Source: Auanema rhodensis (taxonomy: Eukaryota > Animalia > Nematoda). From it: a stretch of 64,000 nucleotides of DNA. Position numbers and translations under genes: made by a program. The stretch covers positions 15,562,001 through 15,626,000 of the forward strand of contig OZ059900.1 in the NCBI GenBank assembly GCA_964057225.1, written 5' to 3'. Below the pieces are notes generated by a model that was not told the origin of the DNA, searched no databases, and saw only the letters and a program-made list of their open reading frames with translations. Shown in pieces: positions 42,570 through 51,800 of this stretch (the stretch's first letter is position 1; every line of letters starts with the position of its first letter).

Positions 42570-45500
42570 TCCCCGGCCTTTTTATATTCTCGTCCCGAGA
42601 ATATATAGTAGAAGAAAAAAATTTTTTTTTTTTTTTTTCATATCTCACTGCTACCATCCCCGGCCTTTTTTCTATTCTTGTCCCGAGAATAAGAATAAAA
42701 CAAATTGATTCTTTCAAACAAAGAATCCCAAAGTTTTGCTCTCTCCAGAAACAAATTTGTTCTGCTTCATTAGGAAGATGGATTTTGCCTGGGCACTCAA
42801 ACAGAGGATGACATGCATCTTTAGGCGTGACTTCGACGTGTCTAAAAAAAGACAAATAATTAATCTCAATAATATTTTTAGATTTTCTGATTTTTTCCAA
42901 CTTCATATCGTCAATATTTTCAGGGAGTGTGATTAATTGTTGAAAAGGTACAATAATCGGTTCACTTTTTCCTGTGATATCAGTAATCAAAGCAGAAGTT
43001 TTCTTCACTTCTAGAACTCGGAAAGGTCCTTTCATATCAAAGATCAATTTTGGTATTGTGTGACCCCTTTTTTGTGTTAGGGTTTTGAGATACACTCGAT
43101 CTCCTACTTCAGGTATTTGAACCCTTTCTCTCAAGTTTTTGCTATCGTAAGCTGTTTTGAAGCGAGCTTTTTCGGCTTCATTTTTTTCTTGAGCTATTCT
43201 ACGAACTAATGCTAAATTAGTTGTGATATCACGTTTGTTCGCTGGTATTCCCTCCGTATTCTTTTGAATACTATCTTGTGGGGGTTCTATTGCGGATGGA
43301 TAAACTGGTTCTATCCCATGCAAAAGATAGAATGGTGATTCACCCGTTGCCTCATGTGGCGTAGTGTTGTAAGCAAACACTATATAAGGAAGAACTGTGT
43401 CCCAATTTCTCTGATCTTCCACAGATTTTTTGAGTCCACGTAGTATTGTTTGGTTCACTCTCTCAGTTATACCGTTTATTCTTGGATTATATCCATATGT
43501 GGAGATCCAATTAATTTTAGTTTTCTCTAATATTTCTTTCAGAACAGCGTTTGTGAATTCTGTTCCTTTATCAGACAAAATATTCTTAGGCCATTTCCCG
43601 CCCTCAAGTATCCATTTTTCCAAAATTATACTTGCAATTATAGTTGCCGTTTTGTTGGGGATGGCATATGCATTCATCCATTTCGTGAAATGATCAATTA
43701 TCACAAGAATATATTTATTGCCTTTGTATGACTGTCCTATTTGAAGAACATCAACCCCAATTATTTCAAACGGTTTCTCTGTGTTTATTGGACAGAGTGG
43801 AGCAACATAACTCCTTTTGTTTGTCATAAAACATTTTTTACATTCTTTGTGCCATTTATGCACATTCGAACTGAGCCCATTCCAAAAAAATTGCTTTTTC
43901 AGTTTTCTAATAATTTTTTGTGGACCAAAGTGTGCCCCAAAAAGACCTTTATGACATTCTTCATAAATCTTTTTTCTTTTTGAATGAGGAATAACTAATC
44001 TATAGTCACCATCATTATTGACATAAAACAATCGGTTCTCATTGATAACAAAATCACCGACAAAAGTTTTTTCAGGATGATTTGGTAGAAAGATTCTATC
44101 TTTCAGTTCACCTTTGTTCAATTTATCGATTATTTCTCCAAATATTTCATCAGATTTTAATTCTTCGATATGATCATCAGTGATATCTATCGAACAAACA
44201 TAATTTATTCCAAGTTCTTCACTTTCATTTTCTAAAGAATCATTGAATGGCACTCCTCTAGATAGAGCATCTGCTACTATGTTTGTTTTTCCTTTCACAT
44301 ATTCAATGTTAACATTGAATCTTTGAACAATCAAACTCCATCTCAAAATTCTTCCATTAGCCGTCCTTTTTAGAAGGCATGTTAATGGTTTGTGATCAGT
44401 GCGAACTGTCGTGTTTTTCATATTATATAGATAATATTGAAATTTATTTAGCGAAAAGACTACAGCTAGTGCTTCTAAATCTGTCACATGGTATCGCGAT
44501 TCAGCTTTAGTCAACCCTTTCGACACAAAAGAAATTGGATGTAAAAATTCATCTTTTCCTTTCTGGCACAATACCGCTCCAACTCCTGATGAGCAAGCAT
44601 CACAGTATATGATGAATGGGTTTTTCCCACTCATAGCCCCCTCGACATCAGGTTGCATTAAAATAGGGGCAGTAGTCATAGCTTGTTTTAAATGTACAAA
44701 AGCATTTTTCCTCAGCGATGTCCATTCCCACTGATTTTTTTCACTAGTCATTTCATGTAAAGGCTTAGCAATTGCGGCAAATTTATGAATAAATTTCCTA
44801 TAATATGATGCCATTCCCAAAAAAGTTCGTAGTTCGGCAACAGTTTTGGGAATTTCATAATTAACAATTGCTTTAATTTTTTCAGGGTCAGCATGAATCC
44901 CTTGCCCATCTAATTTATGTCCGAGATATTTGATTTCTCTCTGCATAAGTTTACATTTCGAAGCTTTCAAAGACAAGTTAGCGTTTTTCACCGCTTCAAA
45001 TACTTTTTTTATTACTTCCATATGGCGCTCCACCGTTTCAGTGGCTATTAGTATATCATCAATGTAGACGAATACTTCATTTGTTTGTAACAATGTCCCT
45101 AATACAGTATCCATCATTCGTTGGAACGTAGGTGGACTAGTAGCTAATCCGAAAGGACAAACTAAAAATTGAAATAGCCCTTCACTTGTAATGAAAGCCG
45201 TTTTCTCTTTATCATTTTCGTCTAACTTGATCTGCCAAAACCCAGAGCAAAGATCGAAAGTAGAAAAGATTTTTTTATCTTTCAATGATCTCAAAAGAAG
45301 ATCAATTGTAGGAATTGGATAAGCATCCAATTTCAGAATTTTATTTAATTCTCGATAATCAATACATAGACGTAGTGATTTATCTTTTTTTTCTACTAGT
45401 ACAATAGGACTAGCCCAAGCGCTTTTACTTGGTTCTATTATTTTTCTTTTTAATAAACCATCCAGAAGATCTCGAAAATGTGTCCTGGCTCCAAATGGAA

Positions 45501-47910
45501 CTGGTCTCACTTTTTGTCTAATCGGCACATGATCTGCAGTATCTATTTTCATGACTACTGCATTGGTATGCGTTAAATCTGCATCTACCAAAGCAAAAAT
45601 ATCATAATTAGAAGATATGACCTCATGCAGTTCTCCTTCTATGGAAAACCCACTCGATTTTGTTAATACTTCTAGTACATTTTCTCTCTTTCTTTCTGGA
45701 TCGGAGGGTTTACATCCCTGATCAAGCATTTCTGCATCAGTGTTTATTTTTGAATGTAACAGACATTCTGGGTTTTTTATTGATGAATCAACATCATCAC
45801 TACTCCATTCCCCAATTATTTCGTTTTTTCGCATAATTTGTGGAGAATACGAGGTATTCGCTACTAAAATTTCAGTTTCGTCACTTTCGTTTAGTGTACA
45901 AATTCCTGAAGGTATAGTATCTATTTTAGAGTTTAAATAGTTACTCTCATTTTTACCTCCCGTAACTCTAACCCATTTTTGAGTTTTCGGTGGAATTACC
46001 ACTCTTTCTAAAACTCGTGCTTGCTCATTTACAAACCTCAAAGAAAAATTAAAAGCTGCCAGCATATTTGTTCCCATTATTATTTTCTCTTGTTTATCTT
46101 TTCTGACGAGAAAAGGGACTACTGCTGTAATGTTGTTATCGCAACATGTAACAGACATTTTTACGGCTCCAACAAATTTCATACTTTCTCCTGAAGCATT
46201 CTGAACTGTGCCGAAAGAATCAATATCAATCCTAAGAATTTCTAGATATTGTTCAATATTGTTACATTTGAGCAACTTTTGTAGTAAACCAGTGGTTACT
46301 ACTGATATCTGAGACCCAGAATCTATAAGACTTGGTATTCTCACTTGTTCACAAAGTATGAAATCGAAAAGGGTTTGTTTCCCTACTATTTCAGTAACTT
46401 CTCTTTTTGTGACACTTATATTATTACTCCAAGCGTTTATCTCGTTATTGAGTAATGGTTTCATTTTCTCATAACTGGGTTGCTTGTATTGGAGTTTGTC
46501 CACTATCTGGTTCTTGTTATTTTCTTGTTCCCTCTTTCTTTTGAAACAATTTGAACCAGAGTGTCCAGATTTTCCACAATAAAAGCATGGTAGATTGTCA
46601 TGCACTTTTCTTTCTTTCCGTTCGTATTCTCGTTTCATATCCCGAGCTACTTCGTGAGTAGACGAAACTTTTTTGAATGAATTATCCAACGTTTTTTCTC
46701 TCCTCCTTGCTTGATTTCTTTCACAACGGAGGGCAATATCTCTGATTTTGTCATAGAGAAATTCATTTTTCTCATTTTCTAGTATGTCTAACAACATCAT
46801 ACTACATCGACATCTCAGTAACGTGTTATATAACGCGTTCGCTCTTTCAAAAGCTAGTTCTTCAGCACTTAACTCCGGGTGGGCAATCTGTGTCAAACTT
46901 TCGAGCGTGTTACAATAATGAAGCAAAGATTTGCACTTTGCCACATCGAGATCTTTCAATGATTGTAAAGCTTTAGTTCGTTCGCGACGACTAGAACTGA
47001 TAGAATTACTGTTTAAACTAGCAACTATCTCCTCCACCGTACTCATTCTTACTTTCTCTGGCAAGCAATCAAATTTTTCTTTTATTTGACCCCCCAGTTT
47101 AGAAATAAACATCAATCTGCGTGATGCACTTGAAAAAATTTCTAATGGATATTTCTCATTAAAATTTTCTACGAACCCTCTCCATGCATTTTCACTACCA
47201 TTCGTGAATGTTAATACATCCGGAAGCATTTGCATACGTAATAGGTCCATTATCTTTCCACTAACGTTATCGTTTTCAGACATAATAAGACTCTTACCTG
47301 GAGTATAAGGCTCGGTACTCGGTATTCTGTACTTTTCTAGATGCCTCTGTAATTTAGGTTGATACGTTGCAGTACTAGAAAAAGTTTTACCTTCATTATT
47401 CAAGTTTAGTTGATCCATTTTATCAACATCAATGTCAATATCAACATCTACATCCACATTGTTCTGAAAAATTAATAATTCAATTGTTTCAGGAAGATGT
47501 GTCATTTCACAATCCATTATTTGACAACACTTCGTTATGTTGGAGTTCAAATTATAAACTGTACTGAATAGTTCCTCTTTAGAAACATTCAATAATTCAG
47601 CAAGATTTTTCATAAGAACACTTGCTTCTCGTTCTCTTAAAATTAAGTCTAATTTTTCCGAATTATTCTGTTGAACGGACAGAAACTCTGTTTTAGAATT
47701 CTCATGCTCTTCTACTATTTGAGCGGTACGAGAACAATTTTTTAAGATAGTAGTTACTGAATCTAAAGCTGTAATCGATTCGATTCGTGCTTTAGACAGT
47801 CTAGAAGTCAATCGTATTATTGACTTTTTGACTTTTTCGATAACATCAATAGCATTATCAATTTCCTCTTTATGAAAACTATGACCAACCTCATATTCAT
47901 TAGTAGCCAT
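42478..47910 (-). CDS. gag-pol: Gag-Pol polyprotein (about 1810 aa): Gag with CCHC zinc knuckle, aspartic protease, reverse transcriptase, RNase H, integrase with GPY/F module, and a C-terminal extension
   Basis: The ORF track starts at a TTG (47979); the first ATG (MATNEY) is at 47910. Motifs: CFYCGKSGHSGSNC (46546-46587), LIDSGS (DSG 46315-46323), RLCIDYRELN and PFGL, YIDD (45055-45066), RNase H CDAC...DLE...TDH...ADALSR, integrase H-X6-H...C-X2-C (43831-43953) with IGVD/SDKG/TERVN DDE triad, VGDRVY...GPF (43021-43029). No stops or frameshifts. Confidence 0.95.
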   Translation of the reverse strand: MATNEYEVGHSFHKEEIDNAIDVIEKVKKSIIRLTSRLSKARIESITALDSVTTILKNCSRTAQIVEEHENSKTEFLSVQQNNSEKLDLILREREASVLMKNLAELLNVSKEELFSTVYNLNSNITKCCQIMDCEMTHLPETIELLIFQNNVDVDVDIDIDVDKMDQLNLNNEGKTFSSTATYQPKLQRHLEKYRIPSTEPYTPGKSLIMSENDNVSGKIMDLLRMQMLPDVLTFTNGSENAWRGFVENFNEKYPLEIFSSASRRLMFISKLGGQIKEKFDCLPEKVRMSTVEEIVASLNSNSISSSRRERTKALQSLKDLDVAKCKSLLHYCNTLESLTQIAHPELSAEELAFERANALYNTLLRCRCSMMLLDILENEKNEFLYDKIRDIALRCERNQARRREKTLDNSFKKVSSTHEVARDMKREYERKERKVHDNLPCFYCGKSGHSGSNCFKRKREQENNKNQIVDKLQYKQPSYEKMKPLLNNEINAWSNNISVTKREVTEIVGKQTLFDFILCEQVRIPSLIDSGSQISVVTTGLLQKLLKCNNIEQYLEILRIDIDSFGTVQNASGESMKFVGAVKMSVTCCDNNITAVVPFLVRKDKQEKIIMGTNMLAAFNFSLRFVNEQARVLERVVIPPKTQKWVRVTGGKNESNYLNSKIDTIPSGICTLNESDETEILVANTSYSPQIMRKNEIIGEWSSDDVDSSIKNPECLLHSKINTDAEMLDQGCKPSDPERKRENVLEVLTKSSGFSIEGELHEVISSNYDIFALVDADLTHTNAVVMKIDTADHVPIRQKVRPVPFGARTHFRDLLDGLLKRKIIEPSKSAWASPIVLVEKKDKSLRLCIDYRELNKILKLDAYPIPTIDLLLRSLKDKKIFSTFDLCSGFWQIKLDENDKEKTAFITSEGLFQFLVCPFGLATSPPTFQRMMDTVLGTLLQTNEVFVYIDDILIATETVERHMEVIKKVFEAVKNANLSLKASKCKLMQREIKYLGHKLDGQGIHADPEKIKAIVNYEIPKTVAELRTFLGMASYYRKFIHKFAAIAKPLHEMTSEKNQWEWTSLRKNAFVHLKQAMTTAPILMQPDVEGAMSGKNPFIIYCDACSSGVGAVLCQKGKDEFLHPISFVSKGLTKAESRYHVTDLEALAVVFSLNKFQYYLYNMKNTTVRTDHKPLTCLLKRTANGRILRWSLIVQRFNVNIEYVKGKTNIVADALSRGVPFNDSLENESEELGINYVCSIDITDDHIEELKSDEIFGEIIDKLNKGELKDRIFLPNHPEKTFVGDFVINENRLFYVNNDGDYRLVIPHSKRKKIYEECHKGLFGAHFGPQKIIRKLKKQFFWNGLSSNVHKWHKECKKCFMTNKRSYVAPLCPINTEKPFEIIGVDVLQIGQSYKGNKYILVIIDHFTKWMNAYAIPNKTATIIASIILEKWILEGGKWPKNILSDKGTEFTNAVLKEILEKTKINWISTYGYNPRINGITERVNQTILRGLKKSVEDQRNWDTVLPYIVFAYNTTPHEATGESPFYLLHGIEPVYPSAIEPPQDSIQKNTEGIPANKRDITTNLALVRRIAQEKNEAEKARFKTAYDSKNLRERVQIPEVGDRVYLKTLTQKRGHTIPKLIFDMKGPFRVLEVKKTSALITDITGKSEPIIVPFQQLITLPENIDDMKLEKIRKSKNIIEINYLSFFRHVEVTPKDACHPLFECPGKIHLPNEAEQICFWREQNFGILCLKESICFILILGTRIEKRPGMVAVRYEKKKKKFFSSTIYSRDENIKRPGMSQMCSKPQLNEGLMIAYSNNFLSYIPLNG
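42568..42691 (-). repeat. Imperfect 36/37-bp direct repeat (hairpin + PPT + TG) at 42568-42603 and 42655-42691
   Basis: CATCCCCGGCCTTTTTATATTCTCGTCCCGAGAATA vs CATCCCCGGCCTTTTTTCTATTCTTGTCCCGAGAATA: one indel and two substitutions. Both copies encode KRPGM in the ORF. Confidence 0.9.
42570..42583 (-). promoter_or_regulatory. Polypurine tract (AAAAAGGCCGGGGA) immediately before the 3' LTR
   Basis: Purine-rich (12/14) run ending at the TG of the 3' LTR, preceded by a 10-bp hairpin. Confidence 0.75.
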
Positions 47911-48384
47911 TTTCTCGAGAAAAAAATTCTTCTGTTGCAATACCTGCAAATGAATTTTATTAAATTTTTGTTTTAACAAAACAAAACACAGTTTATACGT
48001 AAAACGACGTAGAATAAACTATGAAAGCAATAAGCTGTAAGCTACAACTATCACTATAAAAGTACCTAATCCAGCAAGAAGTTCCTCTACTGATAATTCC
48101 AAAAAAATTATCAAGATAAAATCTCGAAACAAAACAAAACAGCCCTGTTGCTCTTCAAACTTTCAAAGCTAACAGTTTTGATCGGAAAACAAAGATTTTA
48201 CCTAATCAAAAAAACACTTCAATGTTTTGAGATTTTTTTTTTTCAGAGGAACTCTAATCGAGCTGATTTGGCTAAAACCAACGCTAAACGCGTGAAACTT
48301 TTCTGAACTTAGCGTTCAAGTTTCAAGAATACAATGAAAATACACAATTATATTCTTAGTGACTGAAAACCATAAGCTGGTTTA

Positions 48385-48396
48385 GTTCGGCCCCCA
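48385..48396 (-). promoter_or_regulatory. Primer-binding site, tRNA-Pro type (TGGGGGCCGAAC)
   Basis: Abuts the 5' LTR and starts with TGG. The + strand GTTCGGCCCCCA matches the 3' end of C. elegans-type tRNA-Pro (...GGTTCGGCCC-CCA, from recall) rather than vertebrate/insect-type ...GACGAGCCC-CCA. Confidence 0.85.
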
Positions 48397-48882
48397 TGAA
48401 ATACAAATGTGGAAAGAAAAGACAAAGAAAGGGAAGAGAAATAAATTTATTGAAAACAAAAGGAAACTTATAAAAATACAAAATATAATTGAACTGTCAA
48501 AATATGAAATAAAATTGTTTACATCAACAATTTTAGGCCAAATAATCATTTTAATCATTTTATCATTTTATCTTAGATGTTCAGGTTGTTTGCATGGTGT
48601 TTACAAGCGTTGAGTTGATAACCTGCCAATAAAGTAACATCTTGAAATCTTAAACTGAAACTATAATATATATATATATTCTTGTTCTCCATAACAAGAC
48701 AAATCTAATTATGCTAATTTCACGTATCTAACTATGCGTTATAAATTATGTGATTTTATAAATTGCATTGATGGTTTAAGAAAGCTCAAGTTAACCATTT
48801 AATGGGATGTAACTAAGAAAATTATTTGAATAAGCAATCATTAAACCTTCATTTAGTTGTGGTTTTGAACACATTTGTGACA
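48397..48882 (-). repeat. 5' LTR (486 bp)
   Basis: Same sequence as 42084-42569. On the minus strand it is followed immediately by the PBS TGGGGGCCGAAC. Confidence 0.97.
48666..48679 (-). promoter_or_regulatory. (AT)7 tract in the 5' LTR, candidate TATA element
   Basis: ATATATATATATAT near the LTR middle, upstream (minus strand) of the AATAAA. Same length in both LTRs. Confidence 0.3.
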
Positions 48883-48886
48883 GCGT
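48883..48886. other. Target-site duplication GCGT (right copy)
   Basis: Right junction TTGTGACA[GCGT]GCCCTCAG. Confidence 0.93.
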
Positions 48887-51800
48887 GCCCTCAGAATATG
48901 CTAATTTCCTTAATTTTCTAACCCCTGTTTTTTTGTCGTGAAAGTGGAACTAGACGTTTTACGAACAATTTTGAGCTAGGTTTCATTGACATTGCATGAG
49001 TTTGAACACATGAAATCGTAAGTCAAAACCTTGTTTACAGCGAAATTTCCAAAAACTGGTTTTCCAGCATAATAAAATATTTCTCATGGGAAATACTGTG
49101 TTTTTGTATTTTTCTAGTGTTCAGCATGTAAAATGCTTCATTTTAGTATGTAACACGCTGAAATTCGTTGCATTTGACGACTCATATGAACAAAAATCGA
49201 TTTAATCAATATTAGCCATAGAGGGCGTGCCCTCAGAATATGCTAATTTCCTTAATTTTCTAACCCCTGTTTTTTGTCGTGAAAGTGGAACTAGACGTTG
49301 TAGGAACAATTTTAAGCTAGGTTTCATTGACATTGCATGAGTTTGAACACATGAAATCGTAAGTCAAAACCTTGTTTACAGCGAAATTTCCAAAAACTGG
49401 TTTTCCAGCATAATAAAATATTTCTCATGGGAAATACTGTGTTTTTGTATTTTTCTAGTGTTCAGCATGTAAAATGCTTCATTTAAGTATGTAACACGCT
49501 GAAATTCGTTGCATTTGACGACTCATATGAACCAAAATCGATTCAATCAATATTAGCCATAAGGGGCGTGCCCTCTGAATATGCTAATTTCCTTAATTTT
49601 CTAACCCCTGTTTTTTTGTCGTGAAAGTGGAATTAGACGTTGTAGGAACAATTTTGAGCTAGGTTTCATTGACATTGCATGAGTTTGAACACATGAAATC
49701 GTAAGTCAAAACCTTGTTTACAGCGAAATTTCCAAAAACTGGTTTTCCAGCATAATAAAATATTTCTCATGGGAAATACTGTGTTTTTGTATTTTTCTAG
49801 TGTTCAGCATGTAAAATGCTTCATTTTAGTATGTAACACGCTGAAATTCGTTGCATTTGACGACTCATATGAACAAAAATCGATTTAATCAATATTATCC
49901 ATAAGGGGCGTGCCCTCAGAATATGCTAATTTCCTTAATTTTCTAACCCCTGTTTTTTTGTCGTGAAAGTGGAACTAGACGTTGTACGAACAATTTTGAG
50001 CTAGGTTTCAGTTACATTGCATGAGTTTGAACACATGAAATCGTAAGTCAAAACCTTGTTTACAGCGAAATTTCCAAAAACTGGTTTTCCAGCATAATAA
50101 AATATTTCTCATGGGAAATACTGTGTTTTTGTATTTTTCTAGTGTTCAGCATGTAAAATGCTTCATTTTAGTATGTAACACGCTGAAATTCGTTGCATTT
50201 GACGACTCATATGAACAAAAATCGATTTAATCAATATTAGCCATAAGGGGCGTGCCCTCAGAATATGCTAATTTCCTTAATTTTCTAACCCCTGTTTTTT
50301 TGTCGTGAAAGTGGAACTAGACGTTGTACGAACAATTTTGAGCTAGGTTTTATTGACATTGCATGAGTTTGAACACATGAAATCGTAAGTCAAAACCTTG
50401 TTTACAGCGAAATTTCCAAAAACTGGTTTTCCAGCATAATAAAATATTTCTCATGGGAAATACTGTGTTTTTGTATTTTTCTAGTGTTCAGCATGTAAAA
50501 TGCTTCATTTTAGTATGTAACACGCTGAAATTCGTTGCATTTGACGACTCATATGAACAAAAATCGATTTAATCAATATTAGCCATAAAGGGCGTGCCCT
50601 CAGAATATGCTAATTTCCTTAATTTTCTAACCCCTGTTTTTTTGTCGTGAAAGTGGAACTAGACGTTGTAGGAACAATTTTGAGCTAGGTTTCATTGACA
50701 TTGCATGAGTTTGAACACATGAAATCGTAAGTCAAAACCTTGTTTACAGCGAAATTTCCAAAAACTGGTTTTCCAGCATAATAAAATATTTCTCATGGGA
50801 AATACTGTGTTTTTGTATTTTTCTAGTGTTGAGCATGTAAAATGCTTCATTTTAGTATGTAACACGCTGAAATTCGTTGCATTTGACGACTCATATGAAC
50901 AAAAATCGATTTAATCAATATTAGCCATAAAGGGCGTGCCCTCAGAATATGCTAATTTCCTTAATTTTCTAACCCCTGTTTTTTTGTCGTGAAAGTGGAA
51001 CTAGACATTGTAGGAACAATTTTGAGCTAGGTTTCATTGACATTGCATGAGTTTGAACACATGAAATCGTAAGTCAAAACCTTGTTTACAGCGAAATTTC
51101 CAAAAACTGGTTTTCCAGCATAATAAAATATTTCTCATGGGAAATACTGTGTTTTTGTATTTTTCTAGTGTTCAGCATGTAAAATGCTTCATTTTAGTAT
51201 GTAACACGCTGAAATTCGTTGCATTTGACGACTCATATGAACAAAAATCGATTTAATCAATATTAGCCATAAGGGGCGTGCCCTCAGAATATGCTAATTT
51301 CCTTAATTTTCTAACCCCTGTTTTTTTGTCGTGAAAGTGGAACTAGACGTTGTAGGAACAATTCTGAGCTAGGTTTCATTGACATTGCATGAGTTTGAAC
51401 ACATGAAATCGTAAGTCAAAACCTTGTTTACAGCGAAATTTCCAAAAACTGGTTTTCCAGCATAATAAAATATTTCTCATGGGAAATACTGTGTTTTTGT
51501 ATTTTTCTAGTGTTCAGCATGTAAAATGCTTCATTTTAGTATGTAACACGCTGAAATTCGTTGCATTTGACGACTCATATGAACAAAAATCGATTTAATC
51601 AATATTAGCCATAAGGGGCGTGCCCTCAGAATATGCTAATTTCCTTAATTTTCTAACCCCTGTTTTTTTGTCGTGAAAGTGGAATTAGACGTTGTAGGAA
51701 CAATTTTGAGCTAGGTTTCATTGACATTGCATGAGTTTGAACACATGAAATCGTAAGTCAAAACCTTGTTTACAGCGAAATTTCCAAAAACTGGTTTTCC

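Larger units (their letters stand above)
42084..48882 (-). mobile_element. Full-length Ty3/gypsy (Metaviridae) LTR retrotransposon, 6,799 bp, probably related to nematode Cer-type elements
   Basis: Two 486-bp direct LTRs with TG...CA termini, 4-bp TSD, PBS, PPT, and a single ORF with gypsy domain order PR-RT-RH-IN plus a GPF motif. Nematode affinity is inferred from the PBS only. Confidence 0.97.

Noticed and set aside
42700-43020. Chromodomain or env gene after integrase
   Set aside because: No aromatic-cage or YLVKW-type chromodomain motif, and no room for a signal-peptide-bearing env ORF between integrase and the PPT.
42736-45940. Short + strand ORFs (42736, 43430, 43741, 45740)
   Set aside because: Antisense shadows of gag-pol, under 90 aa, with non-ATG starts and no motifs.
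47911-47979. N-terminal 23 codons of the ORF-track protein
   Set aside because: They begin at TTG; eukaryotic initiation more likely uses the ATG at 47910.
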